From the NCBI GenBank assembly GCA_049967475.1, contig JBMFSQ010000002.1:64001-128000 (forward strand): a stretch of 64,000 nt of DNA, given 5' to 3'. The stretch's first letter is position 1. Each line of letters opens with the position of its first letter. The notes under the pieces were generated by a model. The model was not told where the DNA came from and ran no database searches. It saw only the letters and a program-made list of their open reading frames with translations. Both the position numbers and the translations under genes were made by a program. Below are positions 29,969-40,244 of the stretch, one piece after another. The stretch is from Chthonomonadales bacterium (lineage in GTDB: Bacteria > Armatimonadota > Chthonomonadetes > Chthonomonadales > CAJBBX01).

Positions 29969-30685
29969 ATGCCGTTTAACGTGCAGGACGCAGCGCATCA
30001 GAGGCGCATCGTGATCATTATCCCGAAAGCTTGGAACAACGGCCAGGTTGCCGATTACGAACTCCTATACACACCGGAAGAAGTAGAGGAACTTGCCCGC
30101 ACGCCCGGTTGCAAGGTGCATGCCCTGCGCAGCATGTTGGAGCCGCGCGGCAAGATGCTTCGACTGAAGGGCAACGCATGGGCGCTCCAGGGAGCCAACC
30201 TTCGGGCGGAACGGGCGCGGGTGTTGGCCAAACTGAAGCGCATGGCCATGGATGAATGGGAGCTCTTGAGGAATGTGCGGACGCACTTTCTTGGCGTGGG
30301 CGCCCGCAACTGCTGTGCAGCCGGTCCGGACAACCGGCGCCAGTTCTACCGGTGGGATGCGGGAGGGCTTCCCGCAACACTGCACACGCTCACACAAGAA
30401 CACCCCGTGCGGTTGATAGACATCAGCCCTGCCGGCGCCAAAATCGGAGGCGCGCCGCCCCTATCGTCGGGCGAGCAGGTGGTGCTGGCAGCGATTCGCC
30501 CGGAGGCGCGCCTCATTCTCGCATGCGAGGTCGTCCGATGCGATGCATCATCCGGCACGGCAGGCCTCCACTTCATCGGCGTAACCCCAAGCGACACCGT
30601 GGAGCTATTCCGCTTCATTCAGAGCCTTCCAAATGCTGCCCATCCCCAAAACCATGCCGCGGCTTTAACCGGAGGCGCAGCCTGA
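29969..30685 (+). CDS. PilZ domain-containing protein
   Basis: C-terminal RRQFYR (RxxxR) and DISPAG (DxSxxG) c-di-GMP motifs. Confidence 0.8.
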   Translation: MPFNVQDAAHQRRIVIIIPKAWNNGQVADYELLYTPEEVEELARTPGCKVHALRSMLEPRGKMLRLKGNAWALQGANLRAERARVLAKLKRMAMDEWELLRNVRTHFLGVGARNCCAAGPDNRRQFYRWDAGGLPATLHTLTQEHPVRLIDISPAGAKIGGAPPLSSGEQVVLAAIRPEARLILACEVVRCDASSGTAGLHFIGVTPSDTVELFRFIQSLPNAAHPQNHAAALTGGAA

Positions 30686-30794
30686 TATTCCGGCCGATCC
30701 ACCGCTGCCAAGCGAAGGATTGTGCGGCCCCGCCATCTAAGATAGGGGTGTGGTGAAATCTGCCGTCGCACCCACATGAGCCGAGGAATGTCCT

Positions 30795-33164
30795 ATGTTC
30801 ACGCTCCTCTTGGTCCTTGCGGCCACCTTCCCATGCGGCGCCGGCATGTTTACTCCAGGGGGTTCCCGGATGATGGATCTCACACACGCCTCCGTATTTG
30901 CTGCCTCTGCCTCTCCACGCCGCACGAAAGCCGCGACGATGCTGGTGGAAGAGGTGGAGAAGCGCACGCGCATCCGATGGCAGGTGACCTACACGCCTTC
31001 CCGCCGGCCGTTTATCGCCCTTGGGACGACGGAAGAGTTGAAGGGCGCCGGCCTTCTTCCCGAGGACCATGCCCCCCGCCTCAAACCCGAAGGGTATCGC
31101 ATCCTCGCCGATAATGCACGCGTCCTCGTGGAAGGTGCCGATGACCGCGGGGTTTTCTATGGTGTAGGCTACCTCCTTCGCACGATGTCCATGCGCCGGG
31201 ATGAAGTCTTTCTCCCGGAGCCGCTTCACGTAGACACGGCACCCCATTGCCGCATCCGCGGGCATCAACTGGGATACAGGCCGAAAACGAACTCCTACGA
31301 CGGCTGGACTGCCCAGATGTGGGAACAGTATCTGAGGGATCTCATCGTCTTCGGTGCCAATGCAATCGAGTTGATCCCTCCCCGCTCCGATGACGAGCCC
31401 GACAGCCCCATGTTCCCGAAGCCGCCCCTCCCTATGATGGTGGAAATGTCGGGGCTGGCCAACGAGTACGATCTCGACGTATGGATCTGGTACCCGGCCA
31501 TGGACCCTGATTACTCGCAACCCGGAGCTGTTGAGAAGGCGGTGCGGGAGTGGGCTCAGGTCTTCAGAGCCCTTCCCCGTGTGGATGCTGTGTTCGTACC
31601 GGGCGGCGATCCCGGCCACACCGATCCCGACCACCTGTTCGCGCTGCTCGAGCAACAGGCGGCATCGCTTCGATCCATCCACCCGCGCGCCCAAATGTGG
31701 GTGTCGCCCCAGGGCTTCAACTCCAAGTGGTTGGAACGCTTCTTCCAGATCCTCCACGACGATCACCCGGCATGGCTTTCCGGAGTAGTGTACGGCCCGC
31801 AGGTGCGCATCCCCCTCCGGGAGTTCCGCAAACGACTGGATGCGCGGTACCCCATCCGGGATTATCCCGATATCACGCACACGCGGCAGTGCCAGTACAC
31901 CGTTCCGGATTGGGATGTCGCCTACGCCGTAACTGAGGGGCGCGAACCCATCAATCCTCGCCCATTGGATTACGCCCGCATCATCCGTGCGACGCAGCCC
32001 TTCACCATCGGATTCATCGCCTACTCAGAAGGATGCAATGACGACGTGAACAAGGCCGTGTGGAGTGCTTTGGCGTGGGATCCCGATGCGGATGTAACGG
32101 AAGTGCTCCGCCAATACAGCCGCTGCTTCATCGGGCCCCAGGCGGCAGACGGTTTCGCCCAAGGGATCCTTGCCTTGGAACGGAATTGGAAGGGCCCCCT
32201 CATCGCCAATGCAGGCGTAGACACTACCCTGGCACAGTTTCAGCAGATGGAGCAAGAAGCGGGTCCTCAACTCAAGCTCAACTGGCGCTTCCAGCAAGCT
32301 CTCTATCGGGCGTATTACGATGCCTATGTTCGCCGGCGGCTTCTGTACGAGACGCACCTGGAGCAAGCCGCCTATGATCGCCTCCGCGAAGCCTCGCGCA
32401 TCGGATCCCTCCTTGCAATGCAGCAGGCGGAAGAGACCCTCCTGCGATCCCTCACACACCCCGTAGCCCAGGACCTGCGAAGCCGCATCTTTGAGCTCGC
32501 CGAGGCGCTCTTCCAATCCATCCGCATGCAGTTGAGCGTTCCGCGGTACCATGCCATCGCAGAGGAGCGCGGGGCGAACCTGGATGCAGTAGATGCGCCC
32601 CTCAATAACAGGGTATGGCTCCTGGAGCAATTCCACGCCATCCGCGAGATGAAGCGGGAAGAGGATCGCCAACAGGCCATCGCGAAGATCCTCAACTGGA
32701 CCAACCCAGGGCCGGGCGGCTTCTACGACCAGCCGGGCGCCCCGGAGCGTTCCCCTCACTTGATGCGTCCCGGGAGTTTGAGCGAGGATCCAGGAAGCCA
32801 TGCCTCGGCGCGCGTTGGGTTCGCCGATGCAGCGCCACGCATCGCCTGGACGAGCCACGCCGAGACCCTCTACGACACGCCCCTCGTCATGAAATATACG
32901 GGCCTCGATCCCGATGCAACCTACCGCATCCGCGTGGTCTATGCCGGGGATAGCCCCGAGCAGAAGATCCGCCTCACGAGCTCCACAGGGGTCGAAATCC
33001 ATCCCTTTATGGCCAAACCTCGCCCCATCCGCCCCGTGGAGTTCGCAATCCCTGCCAAAGCCATCGAGAATGGGCAACTGACGTTGGAGTGGACCTGCGA
33101 ACCCGGCCGTGGGCGTAACGGACGGGGATGCCAAGTGTCTGAAGTGTGGCTCATTCGGGAGTAG
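30795..33164 (+). CDS. Secreted putative glycoside hydrolase with GH20/GH67-type N-terminal domain
   Basis: Signal peptide; PEGYRI...VEGADDRGVFYGVGYLLR N-terminal domain, then a catalytic-like core (RGHQLGYR, PGGDPG). Confidence 0.7.
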   Translation: MFTLLLVLAATFPCGAGMFTPGGSRMMDLTHASVFAASASPRRTKAATMLVEEVEKRTRIRWQVTYTPSRRPFIALGTTEELKGAGLLPEDHAPRLKPEGYRILADNARVLVEGADDRGVFYGVGYLLRTMSMRRDEVFLPEPLHVDTAPHCRIRGHQLGYRPKTNSYDGWTAQMWEQYLRDLIVFGANAIELIPPRSDDEPDSPMFPKPPLPMMVEMSGLANEYDLDVWIWYPAMDPDYSQPGAVEKAVREWAQVFRALPRVDAVFVPGGDPGHTDPDHLFALLEQQAASLRSIHPRAQMWVSPQGFNSKWLERFFQILHDDHPAWLSGVVYGPQVRIPLREFRKRLDARYPIRDYPDITHTRQCQYTVPDWDVAYAVTEGREPINPRPLDYARIIRATQPFTIGFIAYSEGCNDDVNKAVWSALAWDPDADVTEVLRQYSRCFIGPQAADGFAQGILALERNWKGPLIANAGVDTTLAQFQQMEQEAGPQLKLNWRFQQALYRAYYDAYVRRRLLYETHLEQAAYDRLREASRIGSLLAMQQAEETLLRSLTHPVAQDLRSRIFELAEALFQSIRMQLSVPRYHAIAEERGANLDAVDAPLNNRVWLLEQFHAIREMKREEDRQQAIAKILNWTNPGPGGFYDQPGAPERSPHLMRPGSLSEDPGSHASARVGFADAAPRIAWTSHAETLYDTPLVMKYTGLDPDATYRIRVVYAGDSPEQKIRLTSSTGVEIHPFMAKPRPIRPVEFAIPAKAIENGQLTLEWTCEPGRGRNGRGCQVSEVWLIRE

Positions 33165-33210
33165 CCCTCGGAATGCATACGGTTCCACAGCGAATTGGGG
33201 AGTGCATATC

Positions 33211-35661
33211 ATGAGATTGCGGTACGGTTCCCTCACGGCTACGCTGTTTGGTGTTCTCTTCCTGGCAGCGCCGCTCCTATGGGCCGGAGCAGACACCCCT
33301 CGGGCCGTGGCGGTCCTCGTGCAGCCCGGCTTCGTTCCGTATGGCGGCACGCCGTCTTTGCCGCCGCCTCGGATCGTGGAGGCGCTCGAGGAGGCATCCG
33401 TCCCCGTGGTCCCGCTCACAGCATCCGAAGCTGCTGATCCCGCCCGCCTCAATACCAAGCGTGTCGTGGCGCTCGTCCTGCCCTACGGCAACGCCTTCCC
33501 CGAGCCCGCCTATGCCAACATACGCGCCTTCCATGCCGCCGGCGGTTGCCTCATCCTCACAGGGATCCCATTTTGCCATCCCTGTGTGCCGGTTGACGGC
33601 GGTTGGAAAGATCTTGGGCACGACGGCTCGCGCTTCGGCCACGACGCCCTGGGCATCGGCACATGCGGCTTTGCAGGACCGGAAGAAGGCGTAGACCGCT
33701 TGACCGTGGATCCGCGCAATCCTCTGGGTCTTGAGGAGAGCGCTCTGCCGCGCAATCGTGCATCGCTGCAATGGATGGCCACTTCCGATTTGCCCCCGGC
33801 CGATCATGTGATGCCCCTTATCCTGGTGAAGGGCCCGCGCAAGAACGCCCATGTAGCGGCCGGCATCATAGAACACGGGTGCCCGCAGTTCCACGGCGCC
33901 CTCGACGTATGGATCGGCCAGACAGCATCGAACATGGATGCGCGTGACGCCTACGCGGCGCGCCAAATCATCACCCGCGCCGCTCTGTGGATCCTCGCCC
34001 GCCGGGGCGTCCTGCCGCACGCGGTGTTCTCACGCCAGATGGCCCGCCTTCGCAAACTAAGGCGGCCCGGCGGCCTGCCGGAGGGGCTTGCCTTCCACCC
34101 CACACCAAGGCCGTGGGGCGACACCTTTCTGCCCAAATCATCTCCCCCCGCCAAAGTCCTCCTTGCCGTAGATGTGCGCCATCTGCCTGACGATGTGCGC
34201 ATCGCCCTAACATGCCTCCAGGGTCTCACCAGCCGGAGGCAACCCCAGATCTGGCTCATCCGCAGCGACGAAGACCAGTGGTGGCTGGACTGGGCCCGGC
34301 AGAAAGGTTACATTTCCGGATATACGCCCGTGAGCGACTGGAAAACACTCTTCCGCCAATTCGCCTGGGCGTTCCGCGGTGCCGTGATCCCGGATGATCG
34401 CCTGTATCGCAGCAACCTGCTCGCGGTGGACGTGGCTGCCTGCGAGGATTTGATTATTGCATCTCCCCGCGTCGCGCAGGAACTCAACCTGCCGATCCGC
34501 CGGGACCTCCGCGGGCGCTTCCGTACGTATGCCGAAGGGTTGGAATGGGTCTGGCGCACCTACCGGAACCGCCTCAACCGGTATCTCTGCAATTACATGC
34601 ATCCTGCCCGGTTGAGCAATTGCGTCTTTGCCTATGATCTGCAGTGGCGCGGCATCGTCTTCTGGCCGGCAGGACCCGTAGATGCGCAGGAGCCTGGAGC
34701 TGATCCGGTGGCAGAGCGAGATCTCGTGGCCCGAATTATGGCCTGGATGGCTCCCAACGTGGCCGTTCTGGGCTTTCCCTACGCAGGCGAGGGAGTGGGA
34801 TTGGGCGAAGGCGAAGGCGTGTCCCTTGCGAGCCGGTACGCCAAGGGCCTTGTTTGCTCGGATTTCCTGGGCAACACATCGGTAACCAGCGGCTTCCGCA
34901 TCCGGCGTCTCCGCCAGCCGGCACAGCCGCCCCCTCCACCCCTAGAAAAAAACAAAGTCTACATCGCCTTGGTCCTCTCAGACGGCGACAACGAAAACAC
35001 GTGGTTGGGCTTCTTCAAGGCGTACTTCCAGCACCCGGCCTTCGGCACTTTTCCATTGGCTTTCGGCATGGGCCCGCCCATCCGCGAGATCCTGCCGCAC
35101 GTAGCCCAGTGGTACTTTGAACACGCGAAGCCTACTACGGAGTTCATCGCCGACGTGTCTGGAGCGGCCTATATTCAGCCGGATGCGTACGCAAAGGCCT
35201 ACCGTGAACCCAGCGCCGTATGGAAGGGCTTCTTCGATTGGACCTCGCGCCTCATGCAGGATATGGACATGCGGAGCGTGCGCACAGTGGGAGGCGGCGA
35301 CGCCCTTCTGCAGATGTATTCGCGGGCCCTGCCCTTCTGCCACTCGCTTTTCGCCGACATGGGCCGCTACTCCGGCCGCAGCTCCATCGAGAACCTCACC
35401 TATGCTTTGCCGGATGGGATGCCCGTATTCCGAGCCGTGACGAGCTGGAGGTACGGCAAGGGAGGCTTCTTGAGGGAAGTGCGGGAACAAGTGGGCGCCA
35501 AACGCCCCGCCTTCGTCAACGGCTTCGTTCATTGCTGGACGTTCAATATGGATGACCTCGCCGCCATCTACCGGCAGCGGGACCCCGACATGGTGTTCGT
35601 TACACCAACGCAGCTCGCACGCCTCTATCGGGAGGCTCGACTTCGGGGCTGGGTACGATAG
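33211..35661 (+). CDS. GxGYxYP-like putative carbohydrate-active protein
   Basis: Signal peptide; CLQGLTSRRQPQIW, KVYIALVLSDGDN, SGAAYIQP (variant of the family motif). Confidence 0.7.
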   Translation: MRLRYGSLTATLFGVLFLAAPLLWAGADTPRAVAVLVQPGFVPYGGTPSLPPPRIVEALEEASVPVVPLTASEAADPARLNTKRVVALVLPYGNAFPEPAYANIRAFHAAGGCLILTGIPFCHPCVPVDGGWKDLGHDGSRFGHDALGIGTCGFAGPEEGVDRLTVDPRNPLGLEESALPRNRASLQWMATSDLPPADHVMPLILVKGPRKNAHVAAGIIEHGCPQFHGALDVWIGQTASNMDARDAYAARQIITRAALWILARRGVLPHAVFSRQMARLRKLRRPGGLPEGLAFHPTPRPWGDTFLPKSSPPAKVLLAVDVRHLPDDVRIALTCLQGLTSRRQPQIWLIRSDEDQWWLDWARQKGYISGYTPVSDWKTLFRQFAWAFRGAVIPDDRLYRSNLLAVDVAACEDLIIASPRVAQELNLPIRRDLRGRFRTYAEGLEWVWRTYRNRLNRYLCNYMHPARLSNCVFAYDLQWRGIVFWPAGPVDAQEPGADPVAERDLVARIMAWMAPNVAVLGFPYAGEGVGLGEGEGVSLASRYAKGLVCSDFLGNTSVTSGFRIRRLRQPAQPPPPPLEKNKVYIALVLSDGDNENTWLGFFKAYFQHPAFGTFPLAFGMGPPIREILPHVAQWYFEHAKPTTEFIADVSGAAYIQPDAYAKAYREPSAVWKGFFDWTSRLMQDMDMRSVRTVGGGDALLQMYSRALPFCHSLFADMGRYSGRSSIENLTYALPDGMPVFRAVTSWRYGKGGFLREVREQVGAKRPAFVNGFVHCWTFNMDDLAAIYRQRDPDMVFVTPTQLARLYREARLRGWVR

Positions 35662-35681
35662 CCCCTTTCGGCACGGGTACT

Positions 35682-36551
35682 ATGACGGACGGTTACCAGA
35701 GACCAGGCGCGCTCATGAACCGCACAGAAGATCCGCCGGATGGCTACCGTCGGTTCGCCGGCTATCCCACACGGGCCACACCCGGCCTGCTGAGCCTCGC
35801 GCTGGCCGTGCTACTGTTCGCCTGCGGCAGTCCAGGGATGCCTGCCCCTGCAAGAACATCCCTCACAGTTGCAGCGGCCGCGGATTTGGCCCGCGCTCTT
35901 CCCAGGATTGGCGCAGCCTTCCAAAAGCGCACCGGCATCGGCATCACGGTTGTGTTGGGATCCACTGGACTTTTGGAGCGGCAAATCGAAAACGGTGCGC
36001 CCTTCGACGTCTTCATGGCCGCCGACGACGCGCACGTGTCTGATGCGGCACGGTCGGGCAGGGTTCTTCCGGGATCAGAGCGAACCTACGCCCTGGGGAT
36101 CTTGGCCATCTGGACCCGCCCGGGCGGAGCCCCGATGCACTCCATTAAGGATCTTGCCCGGCCATCCGTCAGCCGTATCGCCATTGCCAACCCTCTGCAT
36201 GCCCCCTACGGCAAGGCGGCTGTCCAAGCCCTGCGCCGCGCCGGGCTCTGGGGAGTTACGGCACCCAAACTCGTCTATGGTGAGAATGTGCAGCAGGCCC
36301 TGCGGTACGCCCAAAGCGGCGCTGCCGATGCTGCCTTAATCGCCTACCCCCTCGTAATCGGGGGCCCAGGCAGCGCGGTGCCCATCCCCATGAACCTCTA
36401 TAGGCCGCCGCGCCAAACCCTCTGCGTGCTCAAGGCATCGCGGCATGGGCCAGAGGCGATGCGGTTTGCGGCCTTTGTATGCGGGCCCGAAGGGCGTGCG
36501 ATCTTGAAGCGCTTCGGGTACGTCCTCCCGCAATCTTTGGGCAAGGAATGA
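35682..36551 (+). CDS. modA: Molybdate ABC transporter substrate-binding protein (start uncertain)
   Basis: VAAAADL, GSTGLLERQIENGAPFDVF, IANPLHAPYG, GENVQQAL. Confidence 0.92.
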   Translation: MTDGYQRPGALMNRTEDPPDGYRRFAGYPTRATPGLLSLALAVLLFACGSPGMPAPARTSLTVAAAADLARALPRIGAAFQKRTGIGITVVLGSTGLLERQIENGAPFDVFMAADDAHVSDAARSGRVLPGSERTYALGILAIWTRPGGAPMHSIKDLARPSVSRIAIANPLHAPYGKAAVQALRRAGLWGVTAPKLVYGENVQQALRYAQSGAADAALIAYPLVIGGPGSAVPIPMNLYRPPRQTLCVLKASRHGPEAMRFAAFVCGPEGRAILKRFGYVLPQSLGKE

Positions 36552-37219
36552 CCGGCGAACACTTCCTCGTAGATCAGATTGCCCTGTCGCTGGAAGTGTC
36601 TCTCGCCGCCACCCTGATTTCGGTGCTTGCAGGGACGCCGGTGGCGCTCATCCTGGCCCGCAAGCAGTTTCCCGGCCGATCCCTGATGGAGGGGCTTGCG
36701 ATCCTCCCACTCACCCTGCCGCCTACCGTGCTGGGATACTACCTTCTGGTGGCCATGGGCGATGCATCTCCCTTCGGCAGGATCTGGAGAAGCCTCACAG
36801 GAAGCCCCTTGGTCTTCACCTTCTGGGGGATAGTAATCGCCGCTGCGGTAACCTCATCTCCCCTGTACATCATGAATGCCATGGTGGCTTTTGCATCCGT
36901 GGACCGTGAGCTGGAAGACGCCGCCCGCGTCGTGGGCGCAAGCGAATGGACGGTATTTCGGCGGGTAACCGTACCTGCCGCCGCACGAGGGATGATCGCG
37001 GGGACCGTTCTCTCATACGCCCGGGCCTTGGGCGACTTCGGCGCGACGCTCATGGTGGGAGGGTCCATTCCGGGACGCACGCGGACTTTGCCTCTGGCCG
37101 TATACGACGCCTGGCAGCAAGGTCAGGACCGCATCGCCCTAGGGCTGAGCCTCCTGCTGTCGGCCATCGCCCTTACGGTAGCCGTCGCGGCGGCATATCT
37201 CGCCCACCAGCGGCGGTGA
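36548..37219 (+). CDS. modB: Molybdate ABC transporter permease
   Basis: LPLTLPPTVLGYYLL, ARALGDFGATLMVGGSIPGRTRTLP. Confidence 0.92.
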   Translation: MTGEHFLVDQIALSLEVSLAATLISVLAGTPVALILARKQFPGRSLMEGLAILPLTLPPTVLGYYLLVAMGDASPFGRIWRSLTGSPLVFTFWGIVIAAAVTSSPLYIMNAMVAFASVDRELEDAARVVGASEWTVFRRVTVPAAARGMIAGTVLSYARALGDFGATLMVGGSIPGRTRTLPLAVYDAWQQGQDRIALGLSLLLSAIALTVAVAAAYLAHQRR

Positions 37220-37246
37220 CTGCCCATCGGTGCGGTCTATAGCCGG

Positions 37247-38212
37247 TTATTTGGGCTTGTCACGGTGCTGAACGGCGCGTTCTACCAATTCTTTCGCGGT
37301 GATCGTCTTGGTCGGCCGGCTCAAATCCGACGGACGCGTGGCGCGGGAGAGATCCATCGGCTTTGAGAGCACCCACCGCGTGCGGCTGCGGCCCTCCCGC
37401 TGATCCTTGTAGGCCCCCGGATCCGGATTGAAGCGCATCGCTCCCGCCGGTGCAATCCAGCGGAACACATCCTCGCGGATCTTCTCGTCGGCGATTACGT
37501 GGTTCTCATATTCGAAGTGCACCGGCCCGGCCCGTCGAGCGCTCGTCTCTCCAGGAAGAGGCTGGCCATCGGACCATGTGGTCGGCGCCTTCTCAGACCC
37601 GGGCTGTGCCCCCGCACCCGTCGCGTCGAGCGTGAACCTCCGCACCAAGTGGTCCTTCTGCCCGGCAAAAATGTGCACCACCTCTGTTCCTTCGGCACTC
37701 ACAAGGTCGAGGAACACATCGTCACAAGGAACTCCATCAATCACCTGAGGCGTGCCCAAATTCGCTGAGCGCACTTGCCGCTCCATGCCCGCGAAGGGGT
37801 CTATTCCGGTTATGGCAACCATCTCCAGGCTCGTTGCAAGGTACCGAAAGCCTGCCATGTTGCGCGGCGCCTTTTCCTGCGTATATTGGTTCTTGGACTG
37901 GTCGTAGGCAAAGAGCGTTCGACCGTCGCAGAGGTACCTTCGAAGAACCGGCCGCAGGTTCCCTTCCACGTTTTGGCGCACTTCCAGAAGAAGGTGGTTG
38001 GGCTTCTGCAATACCAGGCGCGAAGAGAGAAGGGAAAGGGCTGTGCCCGAGGCAGCATACACCGTGTCCTGCTGGAGTGTCCTGATGTCGCGGTAGGCTC
38101 GGACGATTGCGTCCAATGCGGCTCGGGCGCTGGGCTCTACCTGAGCACGCACCGCGCCGGGAAGCATGAGCACCATCACAGCGCATGTTAGAATGCAGCA
38201 ATCCCTTCGCAT
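37247..38212 (-). CDS. Exported LolA/DUF2092-like protein
   Basis: Signal peptide (AVRA), LQKPNHL, CDGRTLFAYD...NQYTQ, FRWIAPAGA. Confidence 0.65.
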   Translation of the reverse strand: MRRDCCILTCAVMVLMLPGAVRAQVEPSARAALDAIVRAYRDIRTLQQDTVYAASGTALSLLSSRLVLQKPNHLLLEVRQNVEGNLRPVLRRYLCDGRTLFAYDQSKNQYTQEKAPRNMAGFRYLATSLEMVAITGIDPFAGMERQVRSANLGTPQVIDGVPCDDVFLDLVSAEGTEVVHIFAGQKDHLVRRFTLDATGAGAQPGSEKAPTTWSDGQPLPGETSARRAGPVHFEYENHVIADEKIREDVFRWIAPAGAMRFNPDPGAYKDQREGRSRTRWVLSKPMDLSRATRPSDLSRPTKTITAKELVERAVQHRDKPK

Positions 38213-38248
38213 GGCCGTACCCTGCACGCGAGCGAGTTTCTGCACTAC

Positions 38249-38278
38249 TCATTCCGCCCGACGGGACCCGATTCCTGC
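38249..38278 (-). promoter_or_regulatory. SigH-like promoter
   Basis: GCAGGAATC-N12-GCGGAATGA. Confidence 0.45.
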
Positions 38279-38286
38279 ACGATGGT

Positions 38287-39171
38287 TCAGGGGTTACCGC
38301 CCCCCAAGCGAGGCGAAAGATCCGGCGTAACGGGCGCGATCCGATCCGGCGATCCATTCACTAGCTTCACCGTATGAATGGACCTGCCCCCGGCCCGATC
38401 CGCGAACGGCACCAGGATGGTCACTCGCCGGTTGGCGAAATTGAACGGGTCCGAAGGAATGCGCGGCATGCGGTCGGCGTACCCGCGCACTTCGCCGATG
38501 CCCCCTGGGCCAAGCTCGCCCGCCATGGCCCGCCGAGCGGCATTGGCCCGGTCTGTAGAAAGCTCCCAGTTCCCGTACTGCTGGTTCCCTGGATAAGGCC
38601 TCCGATCCGTATGGCCTTCGATGATCACCGGCTGGTTGAGCTTCTTCAATTCAGCAGCCACTACGCGGAGGATCTTGACCGTCCGCGGCTTGAGGTGGGC
38701 GCTCCCCGTGTCGAAAAACGTGCTAGACGGCCCATCAAGAAGCTCCACGCGCAGTCCTTCCGCCGCAACCTTGATCTCGATGTACTTCAGCAACTCTTTG
38801 AGTTCGGGGAGTTTGCGCAGCTTTTGTTCCAGCTTCTTCTTCGCCTGGGTGAACCGCGCCTGCTGCATTCGGCGCACCAGGTTCACCATAGACACCGGCG
38901 CCGGCCGCTGGGGTGCGCTCTCGTTGTGCGTGGTGCTGGGAAGGCTCTTGCCGCCTCCCAGCATCCGAGACACCCCCATCGGATCGTTGAAGTAGGCTGC
39001 GATGGCTTTACGTGTATCCTGATTAAGACCCAGGATCCACATTACCAGGAAGAAGGCCATAAGAGCCGTAACGAAATCGGCGTAGGCCACCTTCCACGCC
39101 CCGCCATGGTGCCCGCCGTGATCGCCCTTCTTCACCACGCGTACAATCTGACGGTCGTCGTCCGAGCGCAT
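38287..39171 (-). CDS. motB: Flagellar motor stator protein MotB
   Basis: WKVAYADFVTALMAFFLVMW, EGHTD, NWELSTDRANAAR, NRRV. Confidence 0.95.
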   Translation of the reverse strand: MRSDDDRQIVRVVKKGDHGGHHGGAWKVAYADFVTALMAFFLVMWILGLNQDTRKAIAAYFNDPMGVSRMLGGGKSLPSTTHNESAPQRPAPVSMVNLVRRMQQARFTQAKKKLEQKLRKLPELKELLKYIEIKVAAEGLRVELLDGPSSTFFDTGSAHLKPRTVKILRVVAAELKKLNQPVIIEGHTDRRPYPGNQQYGNWELSTDRANAARRAMAGELGPGGIGEVRGYADRMPRIPSDPFNFANRRVTILVPFADRAGGRSIHTVKLVNGSPDRIAPVTPDLSPRLGGGNP

Positions 39172-39183
39172 GGCCGTCCTCTC

Positions 39184-40041
39184 TCAGCGGGCTCCGGACT
39201 TGACGGAGGTCTCCAAATCCGAGAAGGAGATGCGGGCAGTGGGTTCGATGTTACGCCGCGCGAATTCCACTGCCGTAAGGGGAGCATCCCCCCGAGCGAA
39301 GGCGAGCAGGGCCGAGCGGATGCAAGCCATGTACTGCTGCTCCGAATTCACCAGTCCCTCGGCTGCCTGGGCCAAAGGCTGGAACACGCCGTAGGAGAGC
39401 AGCACGCCCAAGAACGTTCCTACCAGAGCGGCTGCTACGTGGTGGCCGATCTCTTCGGGCTTACCGCCTATGGCTCCCATGGTAACGACGACGCCCAATA
39501 CCGCGGCTACGATGCCGAAGCCCGGCATGGCATCCCCCGTACGCGCCAGAGTGTTGGGGATCTTCATGGCAGCCTTGTGGTGCGTCTCGAGGTCTACGTC
39601 CATCATTTCGGAGAGATCGTAGGGTTGCACTGTGCCGGTAATGATTACCTTGAGGGTGTCCGAAAGGAAATCCACCGCGTGGTGGTTGGACATGAAAATG
39701 GGAAACCGCTTGAACAGATCGCTATCGTGCGGATGTTCGGCATGGTGTTCAAGGGCCACAACGCCTTCGCGGCGGGCGAGCATGAAAAGATCGTAGAGGA
39801 GCTTTAGGAGCTCGTCATACGCCGCGCGATTGTATGGATTGCCCTTAACGAGCGTAAGGATGGTTTGAACCAGGTCCTTGAGTACGGAGGGCGGGTTCCC
39901 GATGATGATGGAACCCAAAGCCGCTCCGCCGATGACGATGAACTCGGAGATCTGAACCAGAACAGCGATCTTGCCGCCGGCCATGGTGAAGCCGACCACG
40001 ATGCTGCCCAGCACGATGAGTGTGCCGACGATAACGAACAT
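39184..40041 (-). CDS. motA: Flagellar motor stator protein MotA
   Basis: EFIVIGGAALG, DAMPGFGIVAAVLG, AALVGTFLGVLLSYG, AVEFARR. Confidence 0.95.
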   Translation of the reverse strand: MFVIVGTLIVLGSIVVGFTMAGGKIAVLVQISEFIVIGGAALGSIIIGNPPSVLKDLVQTILTLVKGNPYNRAAYDELLKLLYDLFMLARREGVVALEHHAEHPHDSDLFKRFPIFMSNHHAVDFLSDTLKVIITGTVQPYDLSEMMDVDLETHHKAAMKIPNTLARTGDAMPGFGIVAAVLGVVVTMGAIGGKPEEIGHHVAAALVGTFLGVLLSYGVFQPLAQAAEGLVNSEQQYMACIRSALLAFARGDAPLTAVEFARRNIEPTARISFSDLETSVKSGAR

Positions 40042-40128
40042 TGAGGGCACCACGCCGGGGCTCCGCCCCGCCGGATCCTTTCCCTAGGTGCACGCGCCTA
40101 TCCCGGCGCGTTACGTGGTTACTCTCAA

Positions 40129-40155
40129 TACTCGGCAGATCAGGGCATCTTCCTA
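40129..40155 (-). promoter_or_regulatory. sigma28-like promoter of motAB
   Basis: TAGG-N15-GCCGAGTA. Confidence 0.4.
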
Positions 40156-40177
40156 AGGGAGAGTGACCCTGCCCCAG

Positions 40178-40207
40178 GCAGGAATTCACAGCCCCGCCGT
40201 TGAAGCG
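40178..40207 (+). promoter_or_regulatory. SigH-like promoter upstream of the ferredoxin
   Basis: GCAGGAATT-N12-GTTGAAG. Confidence 0.4.
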
Positions 40208-40244
40208 TCCCTGCGCCATAACCATTTCGTTCCAGGAGGATTGC

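Noticed and set aside
35662..35714. Molybdenum cofactor riboswitch before modA
   Set aside because: The intergenic space is too short and no matching structure was seen
38287..40041. motAB as a Zorya (ZorAB) anti-phage system
   Set aside because: MotA is normal length with no long ZorA tail, both proteins have canonical stator motifs, and no ZorC/D/E genes are adjacent
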